Origin: Corallococcus sp. bb12-1
GTDB taxonomy: Bacteria > Myxococcota > Myxococcia > Myxococcales > Myxococcaceae
Assembly (NCBI RefSeq): GCF_026626765.1
Contig: NZ_JAPNJZ010000012.1
Span: 141,012 to 205,011, forward strand
Direction of reading: 5' to 3'
DNA length: 64,000 nt
In this document: positions 54,641 through 63,870 of the stretch, in pieces
Layout: each line of letters starts with the position of its first letter
Numbering within the stretch: the first letter of the stretch is position 1
The notes under the pieces: model-generated
What the model was told of the DNA's origin: nothing
Databases searched by the model: none
What the model saw: only the letters and a program-made list of their open reading frames with translations
Position numbers and translations under genes: made by a program

Positions 54641-55158
54641 ATGTTCAAGCAGGTAGCAGTCCTCGCAATGGCATGTAGCGCATTGCTGGTCGGCTGCGGT
54701 TCCGACTCGCAGACCGAGCAAGAGGAGATCATCTCCAATCTCATCGAGGCCGGCTTTCCGGCCGATGACATCCGGGTCGCGGACGACGCCGTGTACGTGG
54801 GCGGCGACGCCCATGTGACGCTCGCGGCGTCCCGCGAGATGCTCCAGGTCCCTCGGGGAGCGCGGAGCAGTACCGCACGACCAACCTCGTCGGTCCGAGC
54901 GTGACGAAGATCTGCGTCAACCCCACCGCCCTGTTCAACAGCTACCCCCTGCTGAGCCAGGGGCTCGAGCTGGCCATCGCCAACTCCAATGAGCGGGGGC
55001 TCCGATTCACCTTCGCGCGCGGCCCGACCACCGGCTGCACCGCGAACATCATCACGAAGACCCATACGAGCCCCAACAGCATCGCGGGCTTCCCTTCAGA
55101 TGGACTCCCGTATTGGATCATCGACATCACCGCGCTGAATTACCTCTACGGCCCCTAG
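54641..55158 (+). pseudogene. Lipoprotein gene disrupted by a frameshift near 54850
   Basis: Frame 2 gives MFKQVAVLAMACSALLVGCGS...HVTLAASREMLQ. The coherent continuation (...EQYRTTNLVGPSVTKICVNP...GFPSDGLPYWIIDITALNYLYGP) is in another frame. Low-GC patch. Confidence 0.45.
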
Positions 55159-55608
55159 TTGATGAAGAGCGCGCTCGTCTTGCGCTCTTTCTTCACCCAC
55201 ATCAATCTGCCTGTGCGTGCATTCAGCGCCCCGGCCACAGACCGCTTCCGGTTGTTGCCCGGCGTCACGGCTTCCCGCCGCTGCCCGGGCAGCACCCAGT
55301 CGGGACCGATTTCGGGGTTGAGGTGCACGTCCATCTCATCCTCGGAGAGGACGGGCTCGTTGACTCGGAGGTAGGTCGCCCTGCACTTCAGGCAGGGCCC
55401 GCTTCTTCTTCCGGTTCTTGCGCACACAAGGCCGAACGGAGCGGGGCCCTGCCACTTCCACGCTCCGCCAGCGCCACGCTCCACGGCTGGGCAGGTGTAG
55501 GGACTCACCGGCCAGGTCACTGCGGACTGGAAATCCGGTCTGTGATGCCCCTCCGGGCACGTCGCCTGTGAAGAACACCACGCGTGATGGATGCGTGTGA
55601 TTCAACAA
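55155..55608 (-). mobile_element. Degraded remnant of an IS630-family transposase (DDE_3)
   Basis: Minus-strand translation gives ...EDEMDVHLNPEIGPDWVLPGQRREAVTPGNNRKRSVAGALNARTGRLMWVKKERKTSALF. This fits the IS630 DDE core pattern (DE..F.L.P....W...G....V.TPG.N.KR.V.GALN..TG.L....E.KTS..F). The upstream part is frameshifted. Low GC. Confidence 0.45.
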
Positions 55609-55677
55609 TAACAGTCCAATCAGATTGCTCGCGAATCGCTGCCCCCGCCAGCTCCCTCTCCTTCAGAATCCGCCTCC

Positions 55678-56382
55678 ATGAAAATAATGCAATGGGGCGA
55701 GCTGGGGCAGATGTTGAGCGGACACGCCGAACCCCGAGGATGCTTCATCCAACAGTTGGCGAGGGAGGACATCCCACAGCTCACCGAGCACTTGCGCGAC
55801 TGGTATCCAGACATCCAGGTCGGCACGGAGAGTCGTCACCTGGAGCCCACTTTTTACGAGCGGGAGTTCTTCCTGCGCGGAGAGAGTCCTGACCGCTCCC
55901 TGTATGCGATGCTGTGTCGCTCCCAGGAGCGGAACGAGATCATCGGGCTGCTGACGCTTGAAAAGAACGTGCGGGGGTTGCAGATCTCCGCGCCCATGGG
56001 GGCGATCAAGCCCTCGCACCGGGCCATGGGAATCGGTCAGTTGGGTGTCACGGTCCTGGAGGCCGTGGGCCGGAGCATTGGCGCGGAAGTGGCCCTCTAC
56101 TATTCCACGCTGAAGCTTGCCCGGGCCCAGCTCAACGCCGAACACCACGGCTTCAAGCTGGTGGGCATCGTCCCGGCCTTCGATATGGATGCCATTGCCC
56201 CCGGCACCGTCAAGCGTGTCTACGAGGCCATCTACGCCAAGGTGCTCACCGGCCCGGAGCACGTCCACATCCCTGACTGGAATGCGCTCATCCCGTCCAC
56301 CCGGGCGCTCTTCACCCACCTCTTCGGAGCCCACCCCATCCACCTCGCCAATGCGCCGGTTCAGGAGCAGAAGCATGGTTGA
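55678..56382 (+). CDS. GNAT-like acetyltransferase-fold protein
   Basis: ...IIGLLTLEKNV...PSHRAMGIGQLGVTVLEAV resembles GNAT motif A. Confidence 0.45.
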   Translation: MKIMQWGELGQMLSGHAEPRGCFIQQLAREDIPQLTEHLRDWYPDIQVGTESRHLEPTFYEREFFLRGESPDRSLYAMLCRSQERNEIIGLLTLEKNVRGLQISAPMGAIKPSHRAMGIGQLGVTVLEAVGRSIGAEVALYYSTLKLARAQLNAEHHGFKLVGIVPAFDMDAIAPGTVKRVYEAIYAKVLTGPEHVHIPDWNALIPSTRALFTHLFGAHPIHLANAPVQEQKHG

Positions 56383-57424
56383 GCTCCGCACCTTCGACGG
56401 CGACGCCAAGGAAGCCTCCCGCTTCATCAATGGTGTCTGGCAGGAGCTCTACGGCAAGAAGCTTCCCCTGGCCATCTGGGACGAGCACTTCTTTGACTGG
56501 CTGCTCTTCCGCGAGGGCAAGGCCCCACGCGACTACCTGGTGGGCGCGTACGCGGACGGGAAGCTGGTGGGAACGCTGTTCGCGGAGCCCGCGAGGATCC
56601 GCCTGGGCACACAGGACGTGGACGGCACCTATGGGAGTTGGGCCAGCGTGGCCCCATCGCACCGGAGACAGGGCATTGGCGGGAAGCTGGCGCAGGAAAT
56701 GTTCCAGCGACACCGTGAGAGGGGAGCGCGGCTCCTCCTGGGCTGCGTGGCCGCGGGAACGGATGGGGCGGGCTTCTGGCACCAGACGAAGCATGCGCGC
56801 ATCCTCAATGGAATGGGGCTCTGGGTGCATGTCTTTGACGCCCAGGCACTGACTCGCTGGTCGATGCACGCTTCGGAACGCGCGCTGTTCACGATGGCGC
56901 GTCCGTTCCTCCGGCACCGGTTCCGGCGAGCGCAGGCCCAAAGCATCCGTCCCTACCGTCCCTCGGACCTTCCCCGGTGCATGGCACTGGTCCAGCGGAT
57001 GATGAAGGCCGTGACGCTGGGCTACGGGTACACGACGGAGCGACTGGCGCATCAGCTTCAGTACCGCGAGGTGCCGCGCACCTTCGTGCTGGAGCAGGCA
57101 GGTGAAGTCCAGGGGTTCGTCAACAGCTACTCCCTGCGGATGACGGGCCGGGAGACCATGACCGCGGAGGTCGTGGACATGATGGCCTTCGAGGACGCCG
57201 TGCCCGTCACGGAGCGGCGGCGACTGTTGCAAGTGGCGATGCAGGACATGGAGCGTCGGGGTGTGAGCTGCGCTGCGATGCTGCGGGGCCCCTGCATTCC
57301 CGCCTCCCTGATGTGGCGCGCGGGTTGGGTGCCATTCCCCGGAGAGGCGAACGTGACGTGTCTGCTGCCGGCTCCCGGCGTGGAGCTGCCCGCGGCCCCT
57401 TCCGTGTTCACGCACCTGCGCTGA
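56375..57424 (+). CDS. GNAT-family N-acetyltransferase with an additional C-terminal domain
   Basis: Start at MVELRTF, overlapping the upstream stop (ATGGTTGA). GNAT motif A is SHRRQGIGGKLAQEMF. The ~170-aa C-terminal domain is unknown. Confidence 0.6.
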   Translation: MVELRTFDGDAKEASRFINGVWQELYGKKLPLAIWDEHFFDWLLFREGKAPRDYLVGAYADGKLVGTLFAEPARIRLGTQDVDGTYGSWASVAPSHRRQGIGGKLAQEMFQRHRERGARLLLGCVAAGTDGAGFWHQTKHARILNGMGLWVHVFDAQALTRWSMHASERALFTMARPFLRHRFRRAQAQSIRPYRPSDLPRCMALVQRMMKAVTLGYGYTTERLAHQLQYREVPRTFVLEQAGEVQGFVNSYSLRMTGRETMTAEVVDMMAFEDAVPVTERRRLLQVAMQDMERRGVSCAAMLRGPCIPASLMWRAGWVPFPGEANVTCLLPAPGVELPAAPSVFTHLR

Positions 57425-57732
57425 CGCAATGTGACTGACTCTCTGCCGTGTACCCGCGCGGCGCGCGGCCTTGCTGACCCCGGCAGTGGCCCTTCACGGC
57501 CCCTCCGCTCCGGCCCTCACCCTCAACATGGCTTCCATCCCGCCTCTCTGCGGAGCGAGCTCGGGCGGAGACAAGAAGGGCCCGGAGCCGTTCAACAATC
57601 CGTTCCGCAACCTCAAACGCCGAGACCGCTCCGTGCGGAGATTTTCAGTGACATCGCGGCTTTCAGGTAAACCTTGACCGACACTCTCGTACGCTGTTGC
57701 ATCAGCACCTCACCAGAGAAAGGGAGTGTCAT

Positions 57733-57993
57733 ATGTTTCTTCGTGGGCTCGCGATGTTCGCCGTCGTCTCTGTCTTCGGGATGGGCTGTGGTGGCGCTGA
57801 AGTGACGGACGGTGCCGAGATCGGTGTGCAGCCCGGTCAGGACTCCGCCGGGCTCCTCAGCAGCTGTGAGACGCTCCAGACCCGCCGCTGTAGTCCGGGG
57901 GCGGAGACGGGCTGCCAGTGGGCCAATGGCACCTTTGGCGAGTGCTTCTGCCAGGAGATCCCCGCCAACAAGTGGGTCTGCTTGAGCAACTGA
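57733..57993 (+). CDS. Small secreted Cys-rich lipoprotein (one ~52-aa six-Cys module)
   Basis: AAAGGGAG ribosome-binding site 7 nt upstream of ATG. MFLRGLAMFAVVSVFGMGCGG (lipobox). Module PGQDSAGLLSSCETLQTRRCSPGAETGCQWANGTFGECFCQEIPANKWVCLSN. Confidence 0.55.
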   Translation: MFLRGLAMFAVVSVFGMGCGGAEVTDGAEIGVQPGQDSAGLLSSCETLQTRRCSPGAETGCQWANGTFGECFCQEIPANKWVCLSN

Positions 57994-58016
57994 AGTTCCT
58001 GCGGAAACCGCCGTCA

Positions 58017-58181
58017 CCCGGTCAGGACTCCGCGGTGCTTGTCGACAGCTGTGAGACGCTCCAGGCCCGCAACTGTGTCTATGACACGTCGACAGGCTGT
58101 CAGTGGGCCAATGGCGCTCAGGGGGAGTGCTACTGCCAGGATGTCCCCTTCAACAAGTGGTTCTGCTGGGTCAACGACTGA
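58017..58181 (+). pseudogene. Second copy of the six-Cys module, in the +1 frame relative to the first. It is either a frameshifted tandem-duplicated domain or a promoter-less copy.
   Basis: PGQDSAVLVDSCETLQARNCVYDTSTGCQWANGAQGECYCQDVPFNKWFCWVND has the same Cys spacing as module 1. It has no start codon or signal peptide of its own. Confidence 0.35.
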
Positions 58182-58195
58182 CGTCCGTGCCGCGA

Positions 58196-58230
58196 CTGCC
58201 TCTTGCCGGCGCTGTGCCGGCAAGAGGCAG
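58196..58230. terminator. Perfect 15-bp-stem hairpin between convergent genes
   Basis: CTGCCTCTTGCCGGC-gctgt-GCCGGCAAGAGGCAG. There is no U-tract, which is common in high-GC genomes. Confidence 0.5.
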
Positions 58231-58296
58231 GTCTGGTTGCGCGCCAGCAGCCGGGAGAAGCGGTTTGCTCGACGTCCGTACGAGGATTTTCAGGGC

Positions 58297-58818
58297 CTAC
58301 GGCTCCGGCGGCAGCAGCGCATAGGCAACGTCCAGGACGTGCTGGAACTGCGCCTCCGTCATCTTCAGGTGCACGGCCGCGGCGGCGACGTCACCGGGCG
58401 GAAAGGCGCGCATGGCGCGCGGGGTGAACCAGTTGAAGAGGGTGACGACGCCGCGTACCAGGGCCGAGTGGGTGAATACGGCCGTGGGCGGAATGACGAA
58501 GCCCTTGGGCACCTTGTTGAGCGCCTGCTGGCGCTGGGAGGCATTGGGGCCGGGCCCTTCCGCCAGCACGAACTGCGCGGTGCCGGTGTCCCGGAAGGCG
58601 GCGATGAGCGCGCAGTAGTGCACCCACTCGTCCTGGGCGGGAGGCAGGGAGTTGTGCGCCACCACCAGCACGGTGCCCACAATGGCCGTGCCCATCGTGC
58701 GGCCCTTGAAGGCGCCCTGCACATCCGGCGCGCGGAGCGCCGCCACGGAGTCACCCGGCCCAGGAGATGCGGTCATGCGCGGAATGCTCACCTGGAAGCC
58801 GCGAGTGCCACCACTCAC
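58297..58818 (-). CDS. Hypothetical protein
   Basis: 173-aa ORF with balanced composition. The overlapping plus-strand ORF is Arg/Gly/His-rich junk. Confidence 0.4.
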   Translation of the reverse strand: MSGGTRGFQVSIPRMTASPGPGDSVAALRAPDVQGAFKGRTMGTAIVGTVLVVAHNSLPPAQDEWVHYCALIAAFRDTGTAQFVLAEGPGPNASQRQQALNKVPKGFVIPPTAVFTHSALVRGVVTLFNWFTPRAMRAFPPGDVAAAAVHLKMTEAQFQHVLDVAYALLPPEP

Positions 58819-59074
58819 CGCCAGTGCGCCCCCGCGTGAGTCGTGGGCGCACCACTTCCCGGGTGAAGGCTCACACCCTCGCTACTGGCAGGCGATTCCG
58901 GGCAGGCCCCGGTAGAGGAGGGCCCACACGTGAAGGCGCTGGGCAACACCCTCGACGGCAGGGCCCAGGGCATGGTGCTGAACTTCACGTTCGCCAACTG
59001 GGGCCAGTCGTGCGCCAGCACCCTCAAGTACTGCATCGACGCCATCATGGCCCCATCTCGGGCCAGGACCTCCC

Positions 59075-60070
59075 ATGACTCACCCTGACGCATCCCCCGA
59101 CTTCGACCCGCAACTGGCCGCCCTCCTGCCCGCGCTGGAGGGATATGTGCCCTTGAAGATGACGCTGGATCAGCTTGAGCACTTCCGTGGCTTGAGCCGC
59201 GTGACCCGGGAGGACCTGATCGGCGACGCGAAGGTCAGCTGCGTCGATGACAGCATCCCCGGGTATCAGGGTGCCGGGATCACGGTCTCGGTCATTGCCC
59301 GGCAGGACCACTCGGCTCCGGGGCCTGCGGTCTACTTCATCCATGGCGGCGGAATGGTGATGGGGACCCGCTTCGCGGGAGCGAAACCGCTCGTGGACTG
59401 GGCGCTCCGTCATGACGCGGTTTGCGTGACGGTCGAATACCGGCTGGCGCCCGAGCACCCAGCGCCCACCCTGGTGGAGGACTGTTACGCCGGGCTTGTG
59501 TGGATGGCGGCGAACGCCGACCGGCTGGGGTTTGATCCGAACCAGTTGGTGATCTTCGGCGGGAGCGGCGGTGGCGGTCTCGCGGCGGGAACCACGCTCC
59601 TGGCCCGGGATCGGCACGGCCCGAGGCTGTTGGGACAACTGCTGCAATGCCCGATGCTGGACGACCGCAATGAGACGGAGTCCGCCCATCGGTACGACGG
59701 CGCTGGAGTCTGGGACCGTACCAGCAATCTGACAGCCTGGCGGGCGGTGCTGGGCGACCGCTGCGGGGGGCCGGAGGTGTCTCCCTATTCCGCGCCCGCG
59801 CGTGCAACGGATTTGCGAGGGCTGCCTCCGACCTTCATCGACGTCGCGGCAGGGGAGACGTTTCGAGATGAAGCCGTCGCCTATGCGCGCGGAATCCTGG
59901 CGGCGGGCGGTGAGTGCGAGCTGCACGTCTGGGGCGGAGCCTTCCATGGCTTCTATGACATTGCCCCGCGGTCCGACGTGGCGCGTGCCTGCATCGCGAC
60001 GCGCGACGCGTGGCTGGGACGGATGTTCGCGCGGGGTGCCGCGGGCAGGGGCACAACGCCTGTCCCATGA
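59075..60070 (+). CDS. Alpha/beta-hydrolase-fold esterase/lipase (hormone-sensitive-lipase family)
   Basis: HGGG oxyanion motif (FIHGGGMVMG). Nucleophile region IFGGSGGGG. C-terminal HVWGGAFHGF. Confidence 0.8.
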   Translation: MTHPDASPDFDPQLAALLPALEGYVPLKMTLDQLEHFRGLSRVTREDLIGDAKVSCVDDSIPGYQGAGITVSVIARQDHSAPGPAVYFIHGGGMVMGTRFAGAKPLVDWALRHDAVCVTVEYRLAPEHPAPTLVEDCYAGLVWMAANADRLGFDPNQLVIFGGSGGGGLAAGTTLLARDRHGPRLLGQLLQCPMLDDRNETESAHRYDGAGVWDRTSNLTAWRAVLGDRCGGPEVSPYSAPARATDLRGLPPTFIDVAAGETFRDEAVAYARGILAAGGECELHVWGGAFHGFYDIAPRSDVARACIATRDAWLGRMFARGAAGRGTTPVP

Positions 60071-60106
60071 CTGCCCATGCCCCCGCGCGCCTGGACCGAC
60101 TCAATC

Positions 60107-61477
60107 TCAACAGCCGAATCGATTGCAACTCACTTGATAGTGATGCAGGGCGTCACTGACAGTGGAATTGCTATTGGCCATGGAGTGGTGCTCCAAGCCG
60201 TACCAGTCCTGGCGATACCAGTCGCCTACTGTGAACGAGGCCGCCTGCGGATTGGGCGTGCCGTAGGGCGTGCCGTAGCCAAACGCGTGGACGCTCACGA
60301 AATAGTCAACGAAGTCTGGCAGAACCCGTGCACCGGAAACCATGTTGTAGACAGCCAGGTTGTGGGTGGTGGGAAACTGCGCACCGATATCGCTGGAGTA
60401 AGTCCTCCAATAGTCATTCATGTTCATCAACGGGTTGAGTTGCCCTGAACCATTGGTTCCAAATTCACCGTCATTGACGTGACACACTCCGTCGAAGATG
60501 TGGATGATGAGCGGGATCTGGGGAAAGTCCTGTTTGAAGCGTCGGCCCAGTCGCGCAGCGAGACATCCCCCCCGACTGTGGCCCGCAAGGTAGATGGACT
60601 GCAGATTGTTTGCGTAAAACTTATCCTTCAACCATTCGTAATAGGCGTTTTCGATCTCCTGCTTATTGGAGGGAGTGAATCCGTAATTGAAACGGGCGTC
60701 GAACGCGAGGCCCATGAATGTATCCTCCGGGCTGCGATACACTTCCGCCATGAGGCGATAAGCCAGCGAGTCGCTGGTGATGGGAACCCACTGCGATCCG
60801 TCGTCATCGCGGAATCCATTCTTGAAGTGCTTATCCTGGCCAGTGAGGCGCGACTCATGATCGCCATCCTGCTGTCCCGCAGCGATGAACACCAGGTGGC
60901 GTACGCCATCCCGGCCTGGATTGAAAGGTTGGGCCAGATAAGTCCTCTTCTGCTTGTCCTGGGCTACATTGAAGTAGTCCCACCAGTGGAATTCGGAGCG
61001 GGTCTGAGTGCTGTTGCAAGGTAGAGGGAACCGGTTGCGGCAGCTGCGCACCCTTTCCAGGTTCACAGCTCCCAGCTTGGGGGCGCAGTCCGAGCGACAC
61101 GAAGCAGCAGTCTCACCGCTAGTGCAGAAGCCATCCCCGCATACTGACCCGCAGTCTTGGGAACAATTCCAGGAGCGCTCACCGCCAGCACAACATCCGT
61201 CGCCGCAAACGGCGCAGTCCATGCAGGAATACATGGTCTCGTCTCCGTCACAGATTCCATTTCCGCAGACCCCCTCGTCTGGCAGATACGCGGCCTTCGC
61301 GGCGAATTCGATTTCGATTCCGCAGCCCTCGCCGAAGGGGGCGGGAATGCGCTCCATGACACTCTCAACTCCGGCAGTGTCGTCGCCCCACTCCGGAGGC
61401 AGTGTCGTCGCCCCACAGGCCGACAACAAAGGCAACACACAGAGTACCAACCACATTCGCGAGCGGCAGCATTGCAT
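60107..61477 (-). CDS. Lipoprotein with an N-terminal Cys-rich domain and a lipase-class-3-like alpha/beta-hydrolase domain
   Basis: Lipobox LLSACG. Many Cys in the first 150 aa. Nucleophile elbow YLAGHSRGGCLAARLG. About 55% GC, versus ~69% in the surrounding genome. Confidence 0.65.
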   Translation of the reverse strand: MQCCRSRMWLVLCVLPLLSACGATTLPPEWGDDTAGVESVMERIPAPFGEGCGIEIEFAAKAAYLPDEGVCGNGICDGDETMYSCMDCAVCGDGCCAGGERSWNCSQDCGSVCGDGFCTSGETAASCRSDCAPKLGAVNLERVRSCRNRFPLPCNSTQTRSEFHWWDYFNVAQDKQKRTYLAQPFNPGRDGVRHLVFIAAGQQDGDHESRLTGQDKHFKNGFRDDDGSQWVPITSDSLAYRLMAEVYRSPEDTFMGLAFDARFNYGFTPSNKQEIENAYYEWLKDKFYANNLQSIYLAGHSRGGCLAARLGRRFKQDFPQIPLIIHIFDGVCHVNDGEFGTNGSGQLNPLMNMNDYWRTYSSDIGAQFPTTHNLAVYNMVSGARVLPDFVDYFVSVHAFGYGTPYGTPNPQAASFTVGDWYRQDWYGLEHHSMANSNSTVSDALHHYQVSCNRFGC

Positions 61478-61724
61478 ATCGGAAAACTCTCTATTGAAGG
61501 AAGAGACTGCAAATCCAGCCTACCACGCACAGGGGCAGGTAGAGGGAAGGGCAGGCCTGGGCCGACCCCGGGGCCCTCACGGTCCTGGTGGGCAGTGCTT
61601 CCGGCAGGCGTTGGCCGGGCGCCCGGACACCGCAGGGCTCACACGTCAGGGAGTAGCAGTCCCATTCACCCGGTCAGCCAGTGGCCGAAGACCCGTTCGA
61701 GGCCTCCCGCGCCTTCGCAGCGGC

Positions 61725-62714
61725 TCACGGTAAACGGCTTCTTGAGGCCGATGCGCGTCGGAATGCTGCCGGACTGGCGTGCTGCCAACGTTTGAATGCA
61801 CGGCTGAAGGAAGGAATACTCTCGTACCCTACGCGGCCCGCGATGGTTGCTACCTTCTCGTCGGTATCGCGAAGAAGCTCGGCGGCCCGCGCGACGCGCC
61901 AGCGTGCGAGGTACTGGAGCGGGGACTCGCCCACGAGATGCGTGAAGCGCGCCGCGAACCCGGAGCGCGACATGCCTACGCGCCGCGCGAGCTTGTGAAC
62001 GGTCCAAGGCTCCCCGACCTGGGCGTGCATGAGGCTCAGCGCCTCATGAACCCGTGAGTCGGCGAAGGCGGCGAGGCCGTTGTGCTTGCACGAGCCGTTG
62101 GCCGCGGTCGAGCGGAGTGCCAGAACGAACAGGACGTCGGCAAGGCGCTGAAGCACGATGCTGGTCGCCGGCCGAGGCGATGCACTCTCGGTGAGAATGA
62201 GCTGGACCGTGGCCTGGATCCACGGGCCCGAGGTGGGGTCGCTCGCCGACAAGATGACGACGGGCGGCATTCCCTGGAGGAGCATCGGCTCACGTCCATG
62301 GCTCAGCTCGAAGAAGCCCGCGATGATCGCGGTGACCGCACCGCGCCCCCCGATGCGCCGTGGGGCCAGGCTGGGTGAGTAAGGACCGTCGCAGACGGGG
62401 ACCGGGTTGCTGTCAGGCGCGTCGCGCAGCACGTGGGCGGTACCGCGCGGGATGAACCCTATCTCTCCGGGCGATAGGATGTGTGCTTGCTCCCCTTCGA
62501 CTTCGAGCCGAGCGCTGCCGCGCGCGACGAGGTAGAAGCTGGCGCGATCGCGGTAGGGGACGCGGAGCCCCCACGGCGCGCGCGCCTCAAGGGGTCTATA
62601 GAGGGCATGCCGGATGAGCGAGGCGCCGAGCACGTCGGCCACGACGTCGCTCCTTGGGTCTTGGAGATCCAGCTGTTCTGGCGTTTCGGATAGGTTTTTT
62701 GGAGTTTTCGGCAT
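61725..62714 (-). CDS. AraC-family transcriptional regulator (cupin N-domain plus AraC helix-turn-helix)
   Basis: The C-terminus (...RVGMSRSGFAARFTHLVGESPLQYLARWRVARAAELL...IAGRVGYESIPSFSRAFKRW) is a classic AraC helix-turn-helix pair. Confidence 0.8.
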   Translation of the reverse strand: MPKTPKNLSETPEQLDLQDPRSDVVADVLGASLIRHALYRPLEARAPWGLRVPYRDRASFYLVARGSARLEVEGEQAHILSPGEIGFIPRGTAHVLRDAPDSNPVPVCDGPYSPSLAPRRIGGRGAVTAIIAGFFELSHGREPMLLQGMPPVVILSASDPTSGPWIQATVQLILTESASPRPATSIVLQRLADVLFVLALRSTAANGSCKHNGLAAFADSRVHEALSLMHAQVGEPWTVHKLARRVGMSRSGFAARFTHLVGESPLQYLARWRVARAAELLRDTDEKVATIAGRVGYESIPSFSRAFKRWQHASPAAFRRASASRSRLP

Positions 62715-62821
62715 GGACCGTCCATAGCACGCGCACTATTCAAGGGGCAGGCGCGAACGGACTCTCCCACCGCCACCTGATCGAGAGACTCGCCGATCGA
62801 GGAAGGAAAGCAGGACATTCC

Positions 62822-63766
62822 ATGAGCAAGCCAATCACTGTCGCCGGAGATGGGGCCGTCAGTGCGCCGACTCCTGTCATCTCTGTCAGCCCGGTTGTGC
62901 TGTCAGCGCCGGGACGTGGCGAGGATCTCCATGTTCGGGTTTCCGCGCCCGCAACCGGAAGCCAACTCCCAATCATTGTCTTCGCGCACGGATTTGGATC
63001 TTCATTGGAGGGCTATGCCCCGCTCGCGAATTACTGGGCGGCTCACGGTTTCGTCGTGATTCAGCCCACCTTCCTCGATTCGAGGACGTTGGGCCTGCGT
63101 CCAGACGATCCACGGACCCCGTTGATCTGGAAGTTTCGTGTCGAAGACATGAAGCGCATCCTCGACCAACTTGACCTCATCGAAGGTTGCGTTCCGGGGC
63201 TGACGGGACGTCTTGACCGAAGCCGCATTGCCGCGGCCGGGCATTCGTTCGGAGCGCAGACGACCGGCATGTTGTTGGGGGCGCGGATCATCGGTCCTGA
63301 CGGAAGCGTGGGCGAGGATCTGTCCGACCCGCGGATCACCGTGGGCGTCTTGCTGGCCGCGGCTGGCCGAGGAGGCGAAGATCTCAGCCCGTTCGCGGCC
63401 AGGCATTTTCCGTACATGAACCCGAGCTTCGCCGAAATGGCCGCGCCGGCCCTCGTGGTCGCGGGCGATAGGGACGACTCTCCGCTGAGCGTCCGGGGAC
63501 CGGACTGGTTGACGGATGCGTACACGCTGAGCCCAGGGCCCAAGTGGCTGGTCATGCTATTTGGAGCCGAACACATGCTCGGAGGGATTTCCGGGTATCT
63601 CGTGACGGAGACAACGGACGAGAACCCCGAGCGAGTCGCGGCGGTCCAGCGGCTGACCTGGGCTTACCTTCGCAGTGCGCTCTATCCCGGAGATCCCGCC
63701 TGGCCCGTAGCGTGTACCGGGTTGATGGAGAGCCCAGATTCGCTGGGGAGGGTTGAAGGCAAGTGA
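62822..63766 (+). CDS. Alpha/beta hydrolase (chlorophyllase/dienelactone-hydrolase-like)
   Basis: Start at MSKPITVAGDG. Nucleophile elbow AAGHSFGA. Divergent from the AraC regulator. Confidence 0.7.
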   Translation: MSKPITVAGDGAVSAPTPVISVSPVVLSAPGRGEDLHVRVSAPATGSQLPIIVFAHGFGSSLEGYAPLANYWAAHGFVVIQPTFLDSRTLGLRPDDPRTPLIWKFRVEDMKRILDQLDLIEGCVPGLTGRLDRSRIAAAGHSFGAQTTGMLLGARIIGPDGSVGEDLSDPRITVGVLLAAAGRGGEDLSPFAARHFPYMNPSFAEMAAPALVVAGDRDDSPLSVRGPDWLTDAYTLSPGPKWLVMLFGAEHMLGGISGYLVTETTDENPERVAAVQRLTWAYLRSALYPGDPAWPVACTGLMESPDSLGRVEGK

Positions 63767-63870
63767 ACGCTTGAAGAGCGATCCGCACAGCGCTGGTTTC
63801 AACCCCTCCACGACAAAGGCCAGTCGCCAGCAACACGGGTCAACATCATCGTCGCTGTCCGCGTCCAGTC

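Noticed and set aside
58039-58839. 266-aa plus-strand ORF
   Set aside because: Arg/Gly/His-rich junk antisense to the more protein-like minus-strand ORF 58297-58818.
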